A stretch of DNA of 60,952 nucleotides from Nanobdellota archaeon (lineage in GTDB: Archaea > Nanobdellota > Nanobdellia > Woesearchaeales > JAHIVG01): NCBI GenBank assembly GCA_018816705.1, contig JAHIVG010000103.1, positions 1-60,952 on the forward strand. The letters are read 5' to 3'. The notes below the pieces were generated by a model that had not been told where the DNA came from, searched no databases, and saw only the letters and a program-made list of their open reading frames with translations. Positions 46,673 to 56,789 of the stretch are shown here, piece by piece. Within the stretch, counting starts at the first letter, position 1, and every line of letters starts with the position of its first letter. The translations under genes were made by a program, and so were the position numbers.

Positions 46673-47827
46673 TTAGACGGTCTTTGATTCTTTCTTCAGC
46701 GTCTCTGCCAGGTCTGTCTTCTCCCAGGTGAACTCCGGCTCTTCCCTACCGAAATGACCGTATGCTGCCGTCTTCCTGAATATCGGTCGCTTGAGCTTGA
46801 GATGTGTGATGATCTCAGCCGGCTTCAGAGGGAAATGCTTCATGACCATCTTGCTGATCCTCTCTTCGGGGATGGTGTTCGTGCCGAAGCAGTCCACTGT
46901 CACCGAAGTCGGCTTGGCAACGCCGATAGCATAGCTTACTGCGACCTCGCATCTTTCCGCAAGGCCTGCTGCTACTATGTTCTTGGCCACGTAACGGGCC
47001 ATGTACGCGCCGGAGCGGTCCACCTTGGACGGATCCTTGCCTGAGAAGGCTCCTCCGCCGTGCCTGCCCACGCCGCCATAAGTATCCACGATTATCTTCC
47101 TTCCGGTCACTCCGGTGTCCCCTTCAGGACCGCCGATGACGAAACGACCGGTTGCGTTGATGTGCAGTTTTGTGTCGGAGTCGAGCAAGCTGCCGAGAAC
47201 AGGCTTGATGACCTCCTTGATGATGTCAGCCTTCATCTTCTCGGTCTCGACCGAGTCCCTGTGCTGGTTCGCTATCACTACCGCGTCCACGCGCTTGGGC
47301 TTGCCATCAATGTATTCCACGGTAACTTGCGACTTGCCGTCCGGGCCGAGGTATGGCAGGATCCTCTTTTTCCTCACCTCTGCGAGGCGCCTTGTGAGCT
47401 TATGGGCCAGCATGATGGGCAATGGCATGAGCTCGGGCGTCTCGTTACATGCGTAGCCGTACATCATACCCTGGTCGCCTGCGCCCTGCTCCTTCTTCTC
47501 GTCCTCGTCGACGCCCTGGGCTATGTCCTCGCTCTGCTTGTGTATGGAGACAAGGACGCCCGCATCTTCGCAGTCGATGCCGAAGGAAGGGTCTGTGTAG
47601 CCGATGTCTTTCAATGTCGCCCGTACGATTTCCTGTACAGAGACGAAGCCCTTTGTGGTCACTTCGCCCGCGCATATGACGAGCCCTGTCGTTGTAAGGC
47701 ACTCCACAGCCACCCTGGAATCAGGGTCCTGGGAGATCAGGTTGTCGAGAATCGAGTCTGAGATTATGTCGCATATCTTGTCCGGGTGCCCTTCTGTAAC
47801 GCTTTCCGATGTAACGAATGTCTTCAT
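46673..47827 (-). CDS. metK: S-adenosylmethionine synthetase (bacterial/eukaryotic type)
   Basis: [51 protein letters not shown]. Confidence 0.97.
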   Translation of the reverse strand: MKTFVTSESVTEGHPDKICDIISDSILDNLISQDPDSRVAVECLTTTGLVICAGEVTTKGFVSVQEIVRATLKDIGYTDPSFGIDCEDAGVLVSIHKQSEDIAQGVDEDEKKEQGAGDQGMMYGYACNETPELMPLPIMLAHKLTRRLAEVRKKRILPYLGPDGKSQVTVEYIDGKPKRVDAVVIANQHRDSVETEKMKADIIKEVIKPVLGSLLDSDTKLHINATGRFVIGGPEGDTGVTGRKIIVDTYGGVGRHGGGAFSGKDPSKVDRSGAYMARYVAKNIVAAGLAERCEVAVSYAIGVAKPTSVTVDCFGTNTIPEERISKMVMKHFPLKPAEIITHLKLKRPIFRKTAAYGHFGREEPEFTWEKTDLAETLKKESKTV

Positions 47828-47932
47828 GGCTATCACCTTCTATTTGAGAATGAATGAAAGGAAACGCGCATGGTTTATAAAGATTTCTGAATGGTTTTTA
47901 TAGTCACAATGAGTGAAGGGTCAAGTGAACAC

Positions 47933-48970
47933 TCAACTGAACACCTTACCTTCCCTGAAATAGCTGACCAGGAACTCACCTACAACCCTGTTCCCCTCCC
48001 TGTTCCAATGCCTGTCACCGGTAATCTGGACCTGGACTCCCTCTGCCTCCCTGAGCTTCAGAATGTCATCGACCCTTCCGATAAAAGTTATGTTCGTCAG
48101 CCCACAGAGCCTTTCCTCATGCTGTGTGAGTTTCTCGTCCACGCCGAACATGTAGAACGGCCTATCTTCCGCTTGCCTTTTTGCGGCCGCCAATATCCTG
48201 TACGTGGTCTGGAAGGCCTCGTCGAATTGGTTGTCAAAGATCTCTGCCTCTGTAAAGTCCTTGTCCCAGAAATTTTTCCCATACACTTTATGATAAAAAA
48301 CATCGTCCCTAGCCGCGATCGACCGCCTAACCCTGTCATGCAGGCCTAATGCGATATCCATGGTCCTCGAGCGGCTTCTCAGCCAGCCCAAGGGGGCAGG
48401 AAAGCGGTAGACGATGGACTGGCCTTCGAGGAAAGGCCTGAAAGAGAGGCTGTTGAGGGGGTACTCCCTCCTGTCGAACTCAAACACGTTGTTGATGAAA
48501 TCGTTGAAATAGAACTGCCAGATAATCACGTCTGGGTCGATGATGTCCAGGTAGTCCTTGTAGACCATGTATTCCTGCAATGTGCCATAGCCTCCTGCGC
48601 CGAAAACGAAAAGCTCGACATCGAAGGCGTCCTCAAGATAGGCATAGTACTCCTCGCCGTTGTTGACAAATGACATCTCTGTGAAAGAGTCCCCCATGAT
48701 GAACACTTTTGTTTTATTTGTGTCCGGGTCCCCCCAGCGCTTGAAACCGTGGTAGGAATACGTAACATTAACCGAGCGGAAATGGCCATCGGTGTCCTGC
48801 CTCGAGATAGTCACAGTCTGGTTTATGGGCGGATACCACCCATATCTGTGGATGGGCTCTCTCGGCACGGCCAGCCTCAATACCGCTTCCATCATAGAAA
48901 AGCAGATCAAGGATACTGCAATCAATAGCAGCAGTTCTTTCCTTCGCCGCAACAATATAGGAGCACGCAT
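47933..48970 (-). CDS. Membrane-anchored SGNH/GDSL hydrolase
   Basis: GDSFT, GAGGYGTLQE, FYFND, DRHWN. Confidence 0.88.
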   Translation of the reverse strand: MRAPILLRRRKELLLLIAVSLICFSMMEAVLRLAVPREPIHRYGWYPPINQTVTISRQDTDGHFRSVNVTYSYHGFKRWGDPDTNKTKVFIMGDSFTEMSFVNNGEEYYAYLEDAFDVELFVFGAGGYGTLQEYMVYKDYLDIIDPDVIIWQFYFNDFINNVFEFDRREYPLNSLSFRPFLEGQSIVYRFPAPLGWLRSRSRTMDIALGLHDRVRRSIAARDDVFYHKVYGKNFWDKDFTEAEIFDNQFDEAFQTTYRILAAAKRQAEDRPFYMFGVDEKLTQHEERLCGLTNITFIGRVDDILKLREAEGVQVQITGDRHWNREGNRVVGEFLVSYFREGKVFS

Positions 48971-48982
48971 ACTGCCTGCCCC

Positions 48983-50239
48983 TCACTCATTCTTCTTCCA
49001 GATGTTGCGCTGGTGCTGGCGGAAGACCTCCGGCAGGGAGATGATGTAAATCATCATGATGAACAGCCAGAAGAGCGGGAGGAAGAAGAAAGGTATTATG
49101 TGGTAGAGGTCTATACGCCTGTCGAGCCGGAAGATGGCATAGATGTACATAGGGTATGAGAGCAGAGCTGCCACAAGGCCGGCTGCCGAGACGAATGTGA
49201 GCGGGACCTGGCCAGCCAATATCTGCCCCACCCAACTGACGACGCCCACCATGGAGAACCAGCCCAGCAGGAACTTCACCACCGCGAAGCTGAAATAGAC
49301 CCCCTGAGATGCATAATATGTAAAATAGCCCGAGACGACCTGGTAGACCGTGAAGGCACCCATGATGACTGCCTGGATGTATGCGAACACGAAAAGGGGA
49401 AGGGTGTAGACGTCGATGAACTTCCTCGTCATCCCCAGATGGCGCTTGAATATGTTTATCATGCCGCGCGCGAACCTCGTGCGCTGCCTCCAGATGCCCT
49501 TGGGATCGTGAGGCATATTGGTCTCGGTTATCGCCTTCTCGGCGAAGCCGATGCGGTAGCCCTTCCTTATCAGCCTGATCGTCACGTCGATGTCCTCTGA
49601 GAAGCCCTCTGTGCTGAAGCCTCCTGCCTCCAGCAATTCCGTTTTCCTATAGACGCTAAGCGGGCCTGGTGTGACGATGTTCGCGTTCACTTTTGAGAAA
49701 AGCAGGCGTATGATCGAGTTATACAGCTGTTCGAGGTGGTACCACATGCAGATATGGCTCTTGCGGTTCCTGACCTTCACCACGCATGACGAGCCTATGA
49801 CCCCTTTTCTCGACACCTCTTTGGCCATCTCCTTGATCGAGTCCTTATGTATGTAGCTGTCTCCGTCGACCACGGCGATCAGCTGCCCCTTTGCCAGCTT
49901 CAGGGCATTGTTGAGGGATGCTGCCTTGCCGCTGTGCTCCTGAGTAATCAGCATGACACCCCTCTTCATGTAAGGCTGCACAATCTTCGACGTGCTGTCG
50001 GTGCTGCCGTCGTCCACCACTATGACCTGCTTCTTCCCCTTGAACTGGGCTGCCAGGACGTGGTCAAGGGTCTTGGAGATGAACCTCTCCTCGTTGTGCG
50101 CGGGGATTATGACTGTGATGCTCTCGAACCTCTTCTCGACAGGGGGCTTGCGCAGCCTTATGAAGAACAGGATGTAATAGGAGAGCACTACCAAGAGAAA
50201 TATCACTGTGATCATCGAAGAGATGTGCTCAAGAAGCAT
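48983..50239 (-). CDS. Processive GT2 glycosyltransferase
   Basis: PAHNE, DDGSTD, KAASLN, DGD, SED, QRTRF; C-terminal TMs. Confidence 0.9.
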   Translation of the reverse strand: MLLEHISSMITVIFLLVVLSYYILFFIRLRKPPVEKRFESITVIIPAHNEERFISKTLDHVLAAQFKGKKQVIVVDDGSTDSTSKIVQPYMKRGVMLITQEHSGKAASLNNALKLAKGQLIAVVDGDSYIHKDSIKEMAKEVSRKGVIGSSCVVKVRNRKSHICMWYHLEQLYNSIIRLLFSKVNANIVTPGPLSVYRKTELLEAGGFSTEGFSEDIDVTIRLIRKGYRIGFAEKAITETNMPHDPKGIWRQRTRFARGMINIFKRHLGMTRKFIDVYTLPLFVFAYIQAVIMGAFTVYQVVSGYFTYYASQGVYFSFAVVKFLLGWFSMVGVVSWVGQILAGQVPLTFVSAAGLVAALLSYPMYIYAIFRLDRRIDLYHIIPFFFLPLFWLFIMMIYIISLPEVFRQHQRNIWKKNE

Positions 50240-51476
50240 TTTTCAATATCTGCGTGTTGGCTGCCTTGGGCGTGCAGTACCAGTGCAGCTTCTTGTTGAA
50301 TATCGCCCGGGTGAAGGCAAAGGTGTTCCATATCGCCAATAGCAGACCCATGGAGAATGCCGCCAGGATGTAATGGGGCAGCTCCCTGATGCGACCCCTC
50401 TTGTACAGCGTGATGAAACCCATGAAGATGAAACCGCCTGTCACCAGGAACCTGACGGATACGCTGAACAGGTCGTTTATCATGAACAGGCTCGGATCGC
50501 CCAAGAACCAGCCGAGCAGGCCGAAGAAGGTCATCAGCAGCACCAACGGCGCGATGACATTGCCGACGGTGATGAAGGTTATCATGAGACGCTGCCATAT
50601 GGTGAGGCCTGATTTGAACAGTATCGAGGAAGCGTTGTCGAAGAAGACACGCGCGTTGCCGTAGCACCAGCGCATCTGTTGCTTGATGAATGATTCGAAT
50701 GTGTCAGGCACCTCGCTCATGTGCTCCAGCTCGAGGTAGACAGTCTTATAGCCCTTGACAAGCATCCTTACGGTGAGGTCAGAGTCCTCTGTGATGCTGT
50801 CCAGGTTCCATCCGCCGACCTCGTCGAAGATGGATCTTCTGAAGGCGCCGCCCGTGCCGCAGAAGAACACGCAGTTTATCCTGTTGTTGATCGGCATCAT
50901 GATAGAATGGTAGGACATCAGAACATAGGCTGCGAATCTCGTTATCAGATTGGTCTTATGGTTGTAGAAGCCCTGCCGGGTCTGAACAACAGCGACCTTC
51001 GGGTCTGAGAACGGCCCCACCACCTCCTTCAGATAATCCTTGTGGGGTATCCAATCAGCGTCGAATATGGCGATTATCTCACCCAGGGTTTGCTTCATGG
51101 CTTTCTTCAACGCTCCGGGCTTGAAGCCATCCCTGTTCTCCCTGTGGACGAACTTGACAAACTTGCCGTCAGCCAACGCATTCAGCCTCTCTTGGGTCTC
51201 CCTGCTCGTGCTGTCGTCGACAATTATAATCTCGTAGCGGTCCTTCGGATAGTCCATCTGCATGCATCGCCTCACGCACCTGAGTGCAATGGGGTCGTTG
51301 AAGGTGGGAATCTGTATCGAGACGAAAGGGAAACGGGTCGTGGTGGGTCTCGGCGCGGGCTCCTTCTTGTCAATGAAGAGATTTATGAGCGACAGGGTGA
51401 GGAACATGACAGAGAACAGTATAATAGGGAACAGCGTGAGGTTATACACGAACAGCGCGATCTCCTGTGGGGTCAT
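50229..51476 (-). CDS. Processive GT2 glycosyltransferase (cellulose synthase/CslA-like)
   Basis: QIPTFND, DDS, GFKPGAL, FDAD, GGW..TED, QQMRW, TPK; start set at 51476. Confidence 0.92.
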   Translation of the reverse strand: MTPQEIALFVYNLTLFPIILFSVMFLTLSLINLFIDKKEPAPRPTTTRFPFVSIQIPTFNDPIALRCVRRCMQMDYPKDRYEIIIVDDSTSRETQERLNALADGKFVKFVHRENRDGFKPGALKKAMKQTLGEIIAIFDADWIPHKDYLKEVVGPFSDPKVAVVQTRQGFYNHKTNLITRFAAYVLMSYHSIMMPINNRINCVFFCGTGGAFRRSIFDEVGGWNLDSITEDSDLTVRMLVKGYKTVYLELEHMSEVPDTFESFIKQQMRWCYGNARVFFDNASSILFKSGLTIWQRLMITFITVGNVIAPLVLLMTFFGLLGWFLGDPSLFMINDLFSVSVRFLVTGGFIFMGFITLYKRGRIRELPHYILAAFSMGLLLAIWNTFAFTRAIFNKKLHWYCTPKAANTQILKNAS

Positions 51477-52186
51477 ACACCTATCTCCAACTTTTTTGTC
51501 AGGATCTCCCTTCGCAGCCGGCTGTACGATGCACCGTCGAGCACCGTGTTGCCCCTTCCATGGATGCCCACATAAAACCTGGGCTCCACGCCGACCATGC
51601 CGAAGCTCTCCACCTCTGACACGTCCTGCAGCACCTCGGGGAAGTTGCCCTTCTGGAGGCACCTGCCGAAGGTCTCCTCGGATATGCCATGTGCATCCAA
51701 GAGGCTGTCCAGCTGCCCTGGATCATCAGTCCTGAAAAGGTCAAGCAAGAAGCCATAATAGACCTCTTTTCTGACCCTTGCGACGCACGATAGGGAGTTC
51801 GCATATTTAAGGTTATCATTTTCAGCCAGCAGATCCTGCCTGGACACGTGGCTCTTCTGGTAAAACCTGACCACACCAGACTGGATGAACTCCTCGTCCA
51901 ACAGCGGGAACATCTCCTGCATGAAACTCCTTGAGGACCCTGACGTAGGATCCAGGTAAGCTATCACCGTGACCTGGGCATCCTTGTCGCCATACCAAGG
52001 CCTGCCGGCTATGTCCGGCCTTGAGGAAAGATAGAGGTCATAGAGGCCTGAAAAGTCTGCCTCATCCATCTTGGTGCTCAGGATGGGCTTGCGTTCGAAC
52101 TCCCGGGAATACGAGACGACCAGGAACACCGCCAGATAGAGGATCAGGCATGTAGTGATCAAGGCTATCGTGGTCTTGGGATTCAT
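51473..52186 (-). CDS. Membrane-anchored DsbA/thioredoxin-fold protein lacking CXXC
   Basis: GDKDAQVTVIAYLDPTSGSS (CXXC position is SGSS); GVEPRFYV. Confidence 0.75.
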   Translation of the reverse strand: MNPKTTIALITTCLILYLAVFLVVSYSREFERKPILSTKMDEADFSGLYDLYLSSRPDIAGRPWYGDKDAQVTVIAYLDPTSGSSRSFMQEMFPLLDEEFIQSGVVRFYQKSHVSRQDLLAENDNLKYANSLSCVARVRKEVYYGFLLDLFRTDDPGQLDSLLDAHGISEETFGRCLQKGNFPEVLQDVSEVESFGMVGVEPRFYVGIHGRGNTVLDGASYSRLRREILTKKLEIGV

Positions 52187-52851
52187 CGCGCCAGCTCCTC
52201 TGCTTCGAAAAGGCGACCCTGATATGTCTTGTAAGGCATTATCACTGCAGGGGCCCCTGTGAGGTTGTAGTACTGCTTGAAGATCCCGAGTATGCGCTCA
52301 TCCTCGTTGAAGTCGATGGTGAACACGACGACCCCCTGCTCAAGGACCTTCAGCCTGTCGAGCTCCCTCCCCTGGGCTACGCACCTTTCACAGTCGGATG
52401 AGTAGAAATAGAGGACAGGCACGAACTCAGGGCTGCACTGGTCGTAGATGTTCTTGGCTGTTATCCATGCCCTGATGGAGAGCTGTGTGTACTGCTGCTT
52501 GAGTTCCATGTAGTCAGGCGTCAGCTCCCTGCCGCGCTCGAATTCCTCTATGCGGAAAGGCAGCCTATCCCAGAATATCCCGAGCTCCTGCATCAGCTCG
52601 CCCATGGCTATTGCAGAGAAGGCGCACCGCTCCTCCCTGTCCAGTGTCTCTATGAAGACCTGCTCGAGCTGCATGCTCTCGAGGTTGGACTCCAGGATGT
52701 CCACATAGCCCTTGAGGAAGTCGATGTCCTGCTGGGTCTCCTTCTTGATTATCCTGTTGGCATAAAGCCCAGACATCACGCCGCTCATGTATAGCAGGAA
52801 AGAGACCAGCACTATGACGATGATCATCCCTGTTCTTCTTCTCTTCTTCAT
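52183..52851 (-). CDS. Membrane-anchored protein with a C-terminal thioredoxin-like domain
   Basis: N-terminal TM; VLYFYSSDCERC..QG..LD; APAVI. Confidence 0.75.
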   Translation of the reverse strand: MKKRRRTGMIIVIVLVSFLLYMSGVMSGLYANRIIKKETQQDIDFLKGYVDILESNLESMQLEQVFIETLDREERCAFSAIAMGELMQELGIFWDRLPFRIEEFERGRELTPDYMELKQQYTQLSIRAWITAKNIYDQCSPEFVPVLYFYSSDCERCVAQGRELDRLKVLEQGVVVFTIDFNEDERILGIFKQYYNLTGAPAVIMPYKTYQGRLFEAEELAR

Positions 52852-52852
52852 T

Positions 52853-53371
52853 CTAATCACGCTGCTGGATGGAGTCCTTCCTGACACCGGTCTTCTTGTA
52901 GTGAACCAATCCGACGATGAAAAGGAAAAGGCTCCAGATGAACAATGCGGGGGTGGTGAAGGTCAGCCAGCTGAACAAGAGGTATGGGAACAAGGCGTAA
53001 AGCATCACCTTCAACAGGTCTGTGTACCTGAGCTGCCTCACGAACAGACGAAGGATGATGCTCAAGATGAAGAGAAGGAAAGTTCCGGCGAAGACATAAA
53101 AGAATATGTACGAAGTGGACCTGCTGAGAGAATAGTTGAGCATCTTCAGGTAGTCGACGTTCACTAGGAGGAATGTGTCTAGGTAGAGCGCCTTCAGGAA
53201 GGAGTATGCCATGTTGAAGAGACCTGCCGCCAATCCCACTACCAAGAGCAGCCTTAGGTAATCGGCGACTATGCTCTCCAACGGTCGCCTGTGAAGCTGG
53301 GAAAATCCCTTGTCAGGGTTCACCAACAATGAGATGCCTGTCTTTATGGCTTCCTTTATCTTCTTTAACAT
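52853..53371 (-). CDS. Yip1-like membrane protein
   Basis: LLVNPDKGF start, 4-5 TMs, YTDLLKVMLYALFP. Confidence 0.65.
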   Translation of the reverse strand: MLKKIKEAIKTGISLLVNPDKGFSQLHRRPLESIVADYLRLLLVVGLAAGLFNMAYSFLKALYLDTFLLVNVDYLKMLNYSLSRSTSYIFFYVFAGTFLLFILSIILRLFVRQLRYTDLLKVMLYALFPYLLFSWLTFTTPALFIWSLFLFIVGLVHYKKTGVRKDSIQQRD

Positions 53372-53398
53372 GTCAATCCCCTTGCTGTATTGGACGCC

Positions 53399-54118
53399 TT
53401 AGAATATAAAGTTATCTATTGCCGAGGCTGGAAAGCGGTAGAACCTGTCTCCGAGCACAAAGTATTCCCTGATGGCGGCCTTCGGCAGGATAGGGCCGAG
53501 GCAGCCCTGCCTGACATCCGTGCCCTCGAAGAGGGGGTTGCTGGATGGGAGGACTATCAGTTGCCTGCTGCGCCACCTTGCGCTGATGAAGCACTTATAC
53601 CTCTCCGTCCTGACGGGCGACTTCAGGTCAAGGGCGGGATGCTCGTGGCCCATGATGACCGTCTTGACCTCCTTGGGAACCCTCATCTGCTTATCTCCGT
53701 GGAGGAAAAGGAAGTCTCCCAGATGGTATGAGTCATGCAGGGCAAGGTCTTTCTTGTCAGCTATCGGCTTCAGTATGTTGTCATGGTTCCCCTGTATCAG
53801 GACCAGCTCCCGGCCCTGCTTGAGAAGGTTTATCAGCCTCGATGCCTCCCTCCACTCCTGCTCAGAGATTCCACCGAAGTCATGCTTGACATCACCTGTC
53901 ACGATCACCATCTCGGGCTTTGTGGCCTGCAATATCTGTTTGGCATCCGAGAGCAGCTGCGAGAAATGCGTCTTCGGGATGAGTATGCCCTTTGACAGCA
54001 GCGCCTGCTCATAACCAATGTGAAAATCGCTGAAGACGAGGGTCTTGCGGGGCTTGATGTAAGCTGCTGTACCGATTAGCCTGATCCCTCCCCTGATATC
54101 GATAGTTGGTGTGGCCAT
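53399..54118 (-). CDS. Metallophosphoesterase
   Basis: SDFHIG, GDVKH, GNHD, HGD, GHEHP. Confidence 0.93.
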   Translation of the reverse strand: MATPTIDIRGGIRLIGTAAYIKPRKTLVFSDFHIGYEQALLSKGILIPKTHFSQLLSDAKQILQATKPEMVIVTGDVKHDFGGISEQEWREASRLINLLKQGRELVLIQGNHDNILKPIADKKDLALHDSYHLGDFLFLHGDKQMRVPKEVKTVIMGHEHPALDLKSPVRTERYKCFISARWRSRQLIVLPSSNPLFEGTDVRQGCLGPILPKAAIREYFVLGDRFYRFPASAIDNFIF

Positions 54119-54215
54119 GATACCAGAGTTAGAAATATTTGTCTTATAAAGTTTTAGGGTCAGTTGACGCCTGCCATTAGAAAACTATTTAAAGGCCGTT
54201 TTCGATTATAAGGGT

Positions 54216-54449
54216 ATGCTTTACAGGTTCAGGAAAAAGAGGGCGCTGAAAGAGGCCAAGCGGATGGAGGAAGAGATGAGGAAAGAGATTCCCATATCAG
54301 AGATAAAGCAGCTCCATGCAGAATTTCATAAGGAGGTCGTGGAGCTCTCTAAACTTGTAAGGAGACCAAAAGCTAAGAAGAAGACAAAGAAGGAAGCTGT
54401 AAAGAAGAAGGCAAGAAGCGTAAAGCCAAGAAAAAAAAGTAAGCGCTAG
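54216..54449 (+). CDS. Small basic hypothetical protein
   Basis: TATA (TATTTAAA) about 25 nt upstream; Lys-rich tail. Confidence 0.6.
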   Translation: MLYRFRKKRALKEAKRMEEEMRKEIPISEIKQLHAEFHKEVVELSKLVRRPKAKKKTKKEAVKKKARSVKPRKKSKR

Positions 54450-55234
54450 TTCTTGAGGAAATACTTCAATGACCTTATGCCCTTGGGCTTCAATATCTCC
54501 TTGGCGATGGGCTTGGTGTCCTTGTGCTCCAGAAGGAGCTTGATGAATCTCTTCCTAGTCCTCGGAGTGAGCACTTCTGTCACGAGGGCATCAACGAGAT
54601 GCTCCGGCTTGGTCAAGGTAGATTCCTTGAGCAGGGATATCAACAGGCCCTCGAAAGCCTCCTTGCCCAGTATTCTCTTCACCTTGGACTGGCTGAACAG
54701 CTCCTTGACAAAGCTCTCACGGGTCTTCTGCTTGAGGATCTTCTGGCTGCCGCTGTGCCTGATCAACGTGGCGAGCAGCTTCGGATTCGACAGCAGGACA
54801 TACTTGATCAACTGCAAAGAACGCACGACGCTGCTCCTGTAGAACTGCTTGTCCAGCTTGTGGATCACGTCCGCGAGGATGTCCTCGAAATAATTTATCT
54901 CGATGCCTTCCAGCTCCGGCTTCTTCCTGGTCAGGCCCAGGATCAGCATACGCTTGTATGGCTCGGACTTACCCACGAACTGCTCTATCAGCTCGGTCAC
55001 CTTGGTCGTGACAGCCTTATCCTTGAACTTGGCCTCATAATCCTTCGACGAGAATGAATCCGTCTGAGTTACAGATACGGCGGTCTCTATGTGGATAGCC
55101 TCGACCAGCCTGCCGTCGGCAAGCCTTATGGCGAATATGTCGACCTCCTTGTTCCCTGAAACCTTGACGCTGTTCATGACGAAGAATCCCTTCTTGTTGA
55201 GCCACCAGTTCATGATCTCCTTCTCAGGATTCAT
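54446..55234 (-). CDS. PD-(D/E)XK-like nuclease-fold protein
   Basis: E..WLNKKGFF..EVDIFAI..HIE; start set at 55234. Confidence 0.6.
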   Translation of the reverse strand: MNPEKEIMNWWLNKKGFFVMNSVKVSGNKEVDIFAIRLADGRLVEAIHIETAVSVTQTDSFSSKDYEAKFKDKAVTTKVTELIEQFVGKSEPYKRMLILGLTRKKPELEGIEINYFEDILADVIHKLDKQFYRSSVVRSLQLIKYVLLSNPKLLATLIRHSGSQKILKQKTRESFVKELFSQSKVKRILGKEAFEGLLISLLKESTLTKPEHLVDALVTEVLTPRTRKRFIKLLLEHKDTKPIAKEILKPKGIRSLKYFLKN

Positions 55235-55923
55235 CTTCTCACCCCCACGAGCCTCTTGACGTCCTGTATGTCCTGCTGAGGGATGGAACACCCGTTCAGG
55301 CGGAGCGCCCACACAAGGGCTTCCAGCAATGTCTTATCCGGAAGCTCCTCAGCGATGTATATGTCCAGCAGGCCCATCTCATATGCGATGCTCACCAGCT
55401 CCAGGGAGCGGAACACCTTCAGGCCGCGGACAGACTCCTCGAACTCCCTCAACGCATCCTTGTCAATCCTGACCTTTGTGTGGAGCTTGCTCTGCAGGAT
55501 ATGATGCAGGCCGTTCGGGTCCTCCAAGATGAGCCTTGCAGTCCGCTCATCGATGACCACGGCTTCGGACCCGTATGTGAGGGCTGCCGCGATGCTCTCC
55601 ATCTCAGCGCCATGCAGTATATTCAGAGGGTGTCCCTTTGCAGAGAAAATCCTGTTGGACAGCTCGAGCAGTCTCGAGGTCTTGTCTTCCAATTCACCTT
55701 GCTGAGTCATCTCCAATGTGCCTGAATTTATCTCCTTGAGCACCTGCAAGGCCTCGAACTCGAATCGCCTGATCTTCAGCGGCCTGTCGACCAGCTCCTG
55801 CTTAACAGAACGGGTGATGATGAAGGAGCCATTGAACTGCTTCTTCAGCTCAGGCAGCAACCACAACAGGTTGTTCACCGCCAAGGTGATTACCGGCCCG
55901 CTGTCGAACACCAATGATTTCAT
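55231..55923 (-). CDS. PIN-domain protein
   Basis: LVFDSGPVI, V..EL, HGAEMESIA, VVIDERTAR. Confidence 0.75.
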   Translation of the reverse strand: MKSLVFDSGPVITLAVNNLLWLLPELKKQFNGSFIITRSVKQELVDRPLKIRRFEFEALQVLKEINSGTLEMTQQGELEDKTSRLLELSNRIFSAKGHPLNILHGAEMESIAAALTYGSEAVVIDERTARLILEDPNGLHHILQSKLHTKVRIDKDALREFEESVRGLKVFRSLELVSIAYEMGLLDIYIAEELPDKTLLEALVWALRLNGCSIPQQDIQDVKRLVGVRR

Positions 55924-56459
55924 AGGCCGAACACCCTCCGCGCAAAGCCCATCCTGTCCTTAAATGAGGTACGGCCCTTCCCTTCAGGATCATCATGCAC
56001 CTTACCGACGAAGGACATCAGCTCCCACTGCGATACCCCCATGAGCGACGCAGCCTTGGCCAAGGAAAGGCCGTGCTCATATAGCTTTGTGCCTTTCTTT
56101 ATCTCAGCCTGGTTGATGACATGGATGATGTACAGTCGAAGACGGTGGTCTGCCTTCCTCACATGCTCGAAAACCTTCTGGATGGTCTCCCTGTAACCGT
56201 CCTCGTCGCCGTGCTGAAGCCTGGTCTTGGCACTCTGTATCTCTACCCTGACACCGTCTGCCAGCTTCCCCTCCCTGTCCAGTATCTTCGACAGGGCGTA
56301 GAAGAGTATCGCGACCGATAGTGAGTCCCCGTCCTGGAATATCGAGGCATTGTGCAGGGTGCGGTTGCTCAGCGCCTTTATATCAGAGACATCAAGCTTC
56401 GGGAGCTGGAGAAACCTTCCTAATACGTCCAAGATGTCCTCTCGCACAACCCCCTCCAT
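55920..56459 (-). CDS. Hypothetical protein with a C-terminal UPF0175-like HTH
   Basis: LYEHGLSLAKAASLMGVSQWELM. Confidence 0.7.
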   Translation of the reverse strand: MEGVVREDILDVLGRFLQLPKLDVSDIKALSNRTLHNASIFQDGDSLSVAILFYALSKILDREGKLADGVRVEIQSAKTRLQHGDEDGYRETIQKVFEHVRKADHRLRLYIIHVINQAEIKKGTKLYEHGLSLAKAASLMGVSQWELMSFVGKVHDDPEGKGRTSFKDRMGFARRVFGL

Positions 56460-56505
56460 GCAGGATGACTATTACTCGAGATTATATAAAGGTTTCCTAG
56501 ATAAT

Positions 56506-56640
56506 GGCTCTGTCCTAAATCGTATGAATCGGTCGCGCCGGCTGTCGTTTACTCTTTTTTCCCGCCCTACCAACGCGAGGCAGGAAAAAAAAGAATTTGT
56601 CCGCAATCAGGGCAGGTGAAACGAGATTCAGGAAAAAGCC
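56506..56640. mobile_element. Diverged copy of the 15761-15891 MITE
   Basis: GGCTCTGTCCTAA..GGTCGCGC.GGCTGTCG..hairpin..TCAGGAAAAAGCC; flanks CTAGATAAT and CAAGATAGC (6/9 identical). Confidence 0.75.
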
Positions 56641-56663
56641 CAAGATAGCAAGAATGTGTTAAG

Positions 56664-56789
56664 CTAAAAGCCTCTCCTGCGTTCGGCGCGCTCTGTCAGC
56701 GTGAGGTCGATGACGTCCTCCTTCTTCAGAAGCTCTTCGATCTCTGTGCGGTCCTTGCCCATCAGCGCAGCCAAGTCATCGAGGTTCAT
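56664..56789 (-). CDS. Small protein (41 aa) missing from the ORF track
   Basis: MNLDDLAALMGKDRTEIEELLKKEDVIDLTLTERAERRRGF; AAAAACTTTATGAA BRE/TATA about 25 nt upstream. Confidence 0.65.
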   Translation of the reverse strand: MNLDDLAALMGKDRTEIEELLKKEDVIDLTLTERAERRRGF

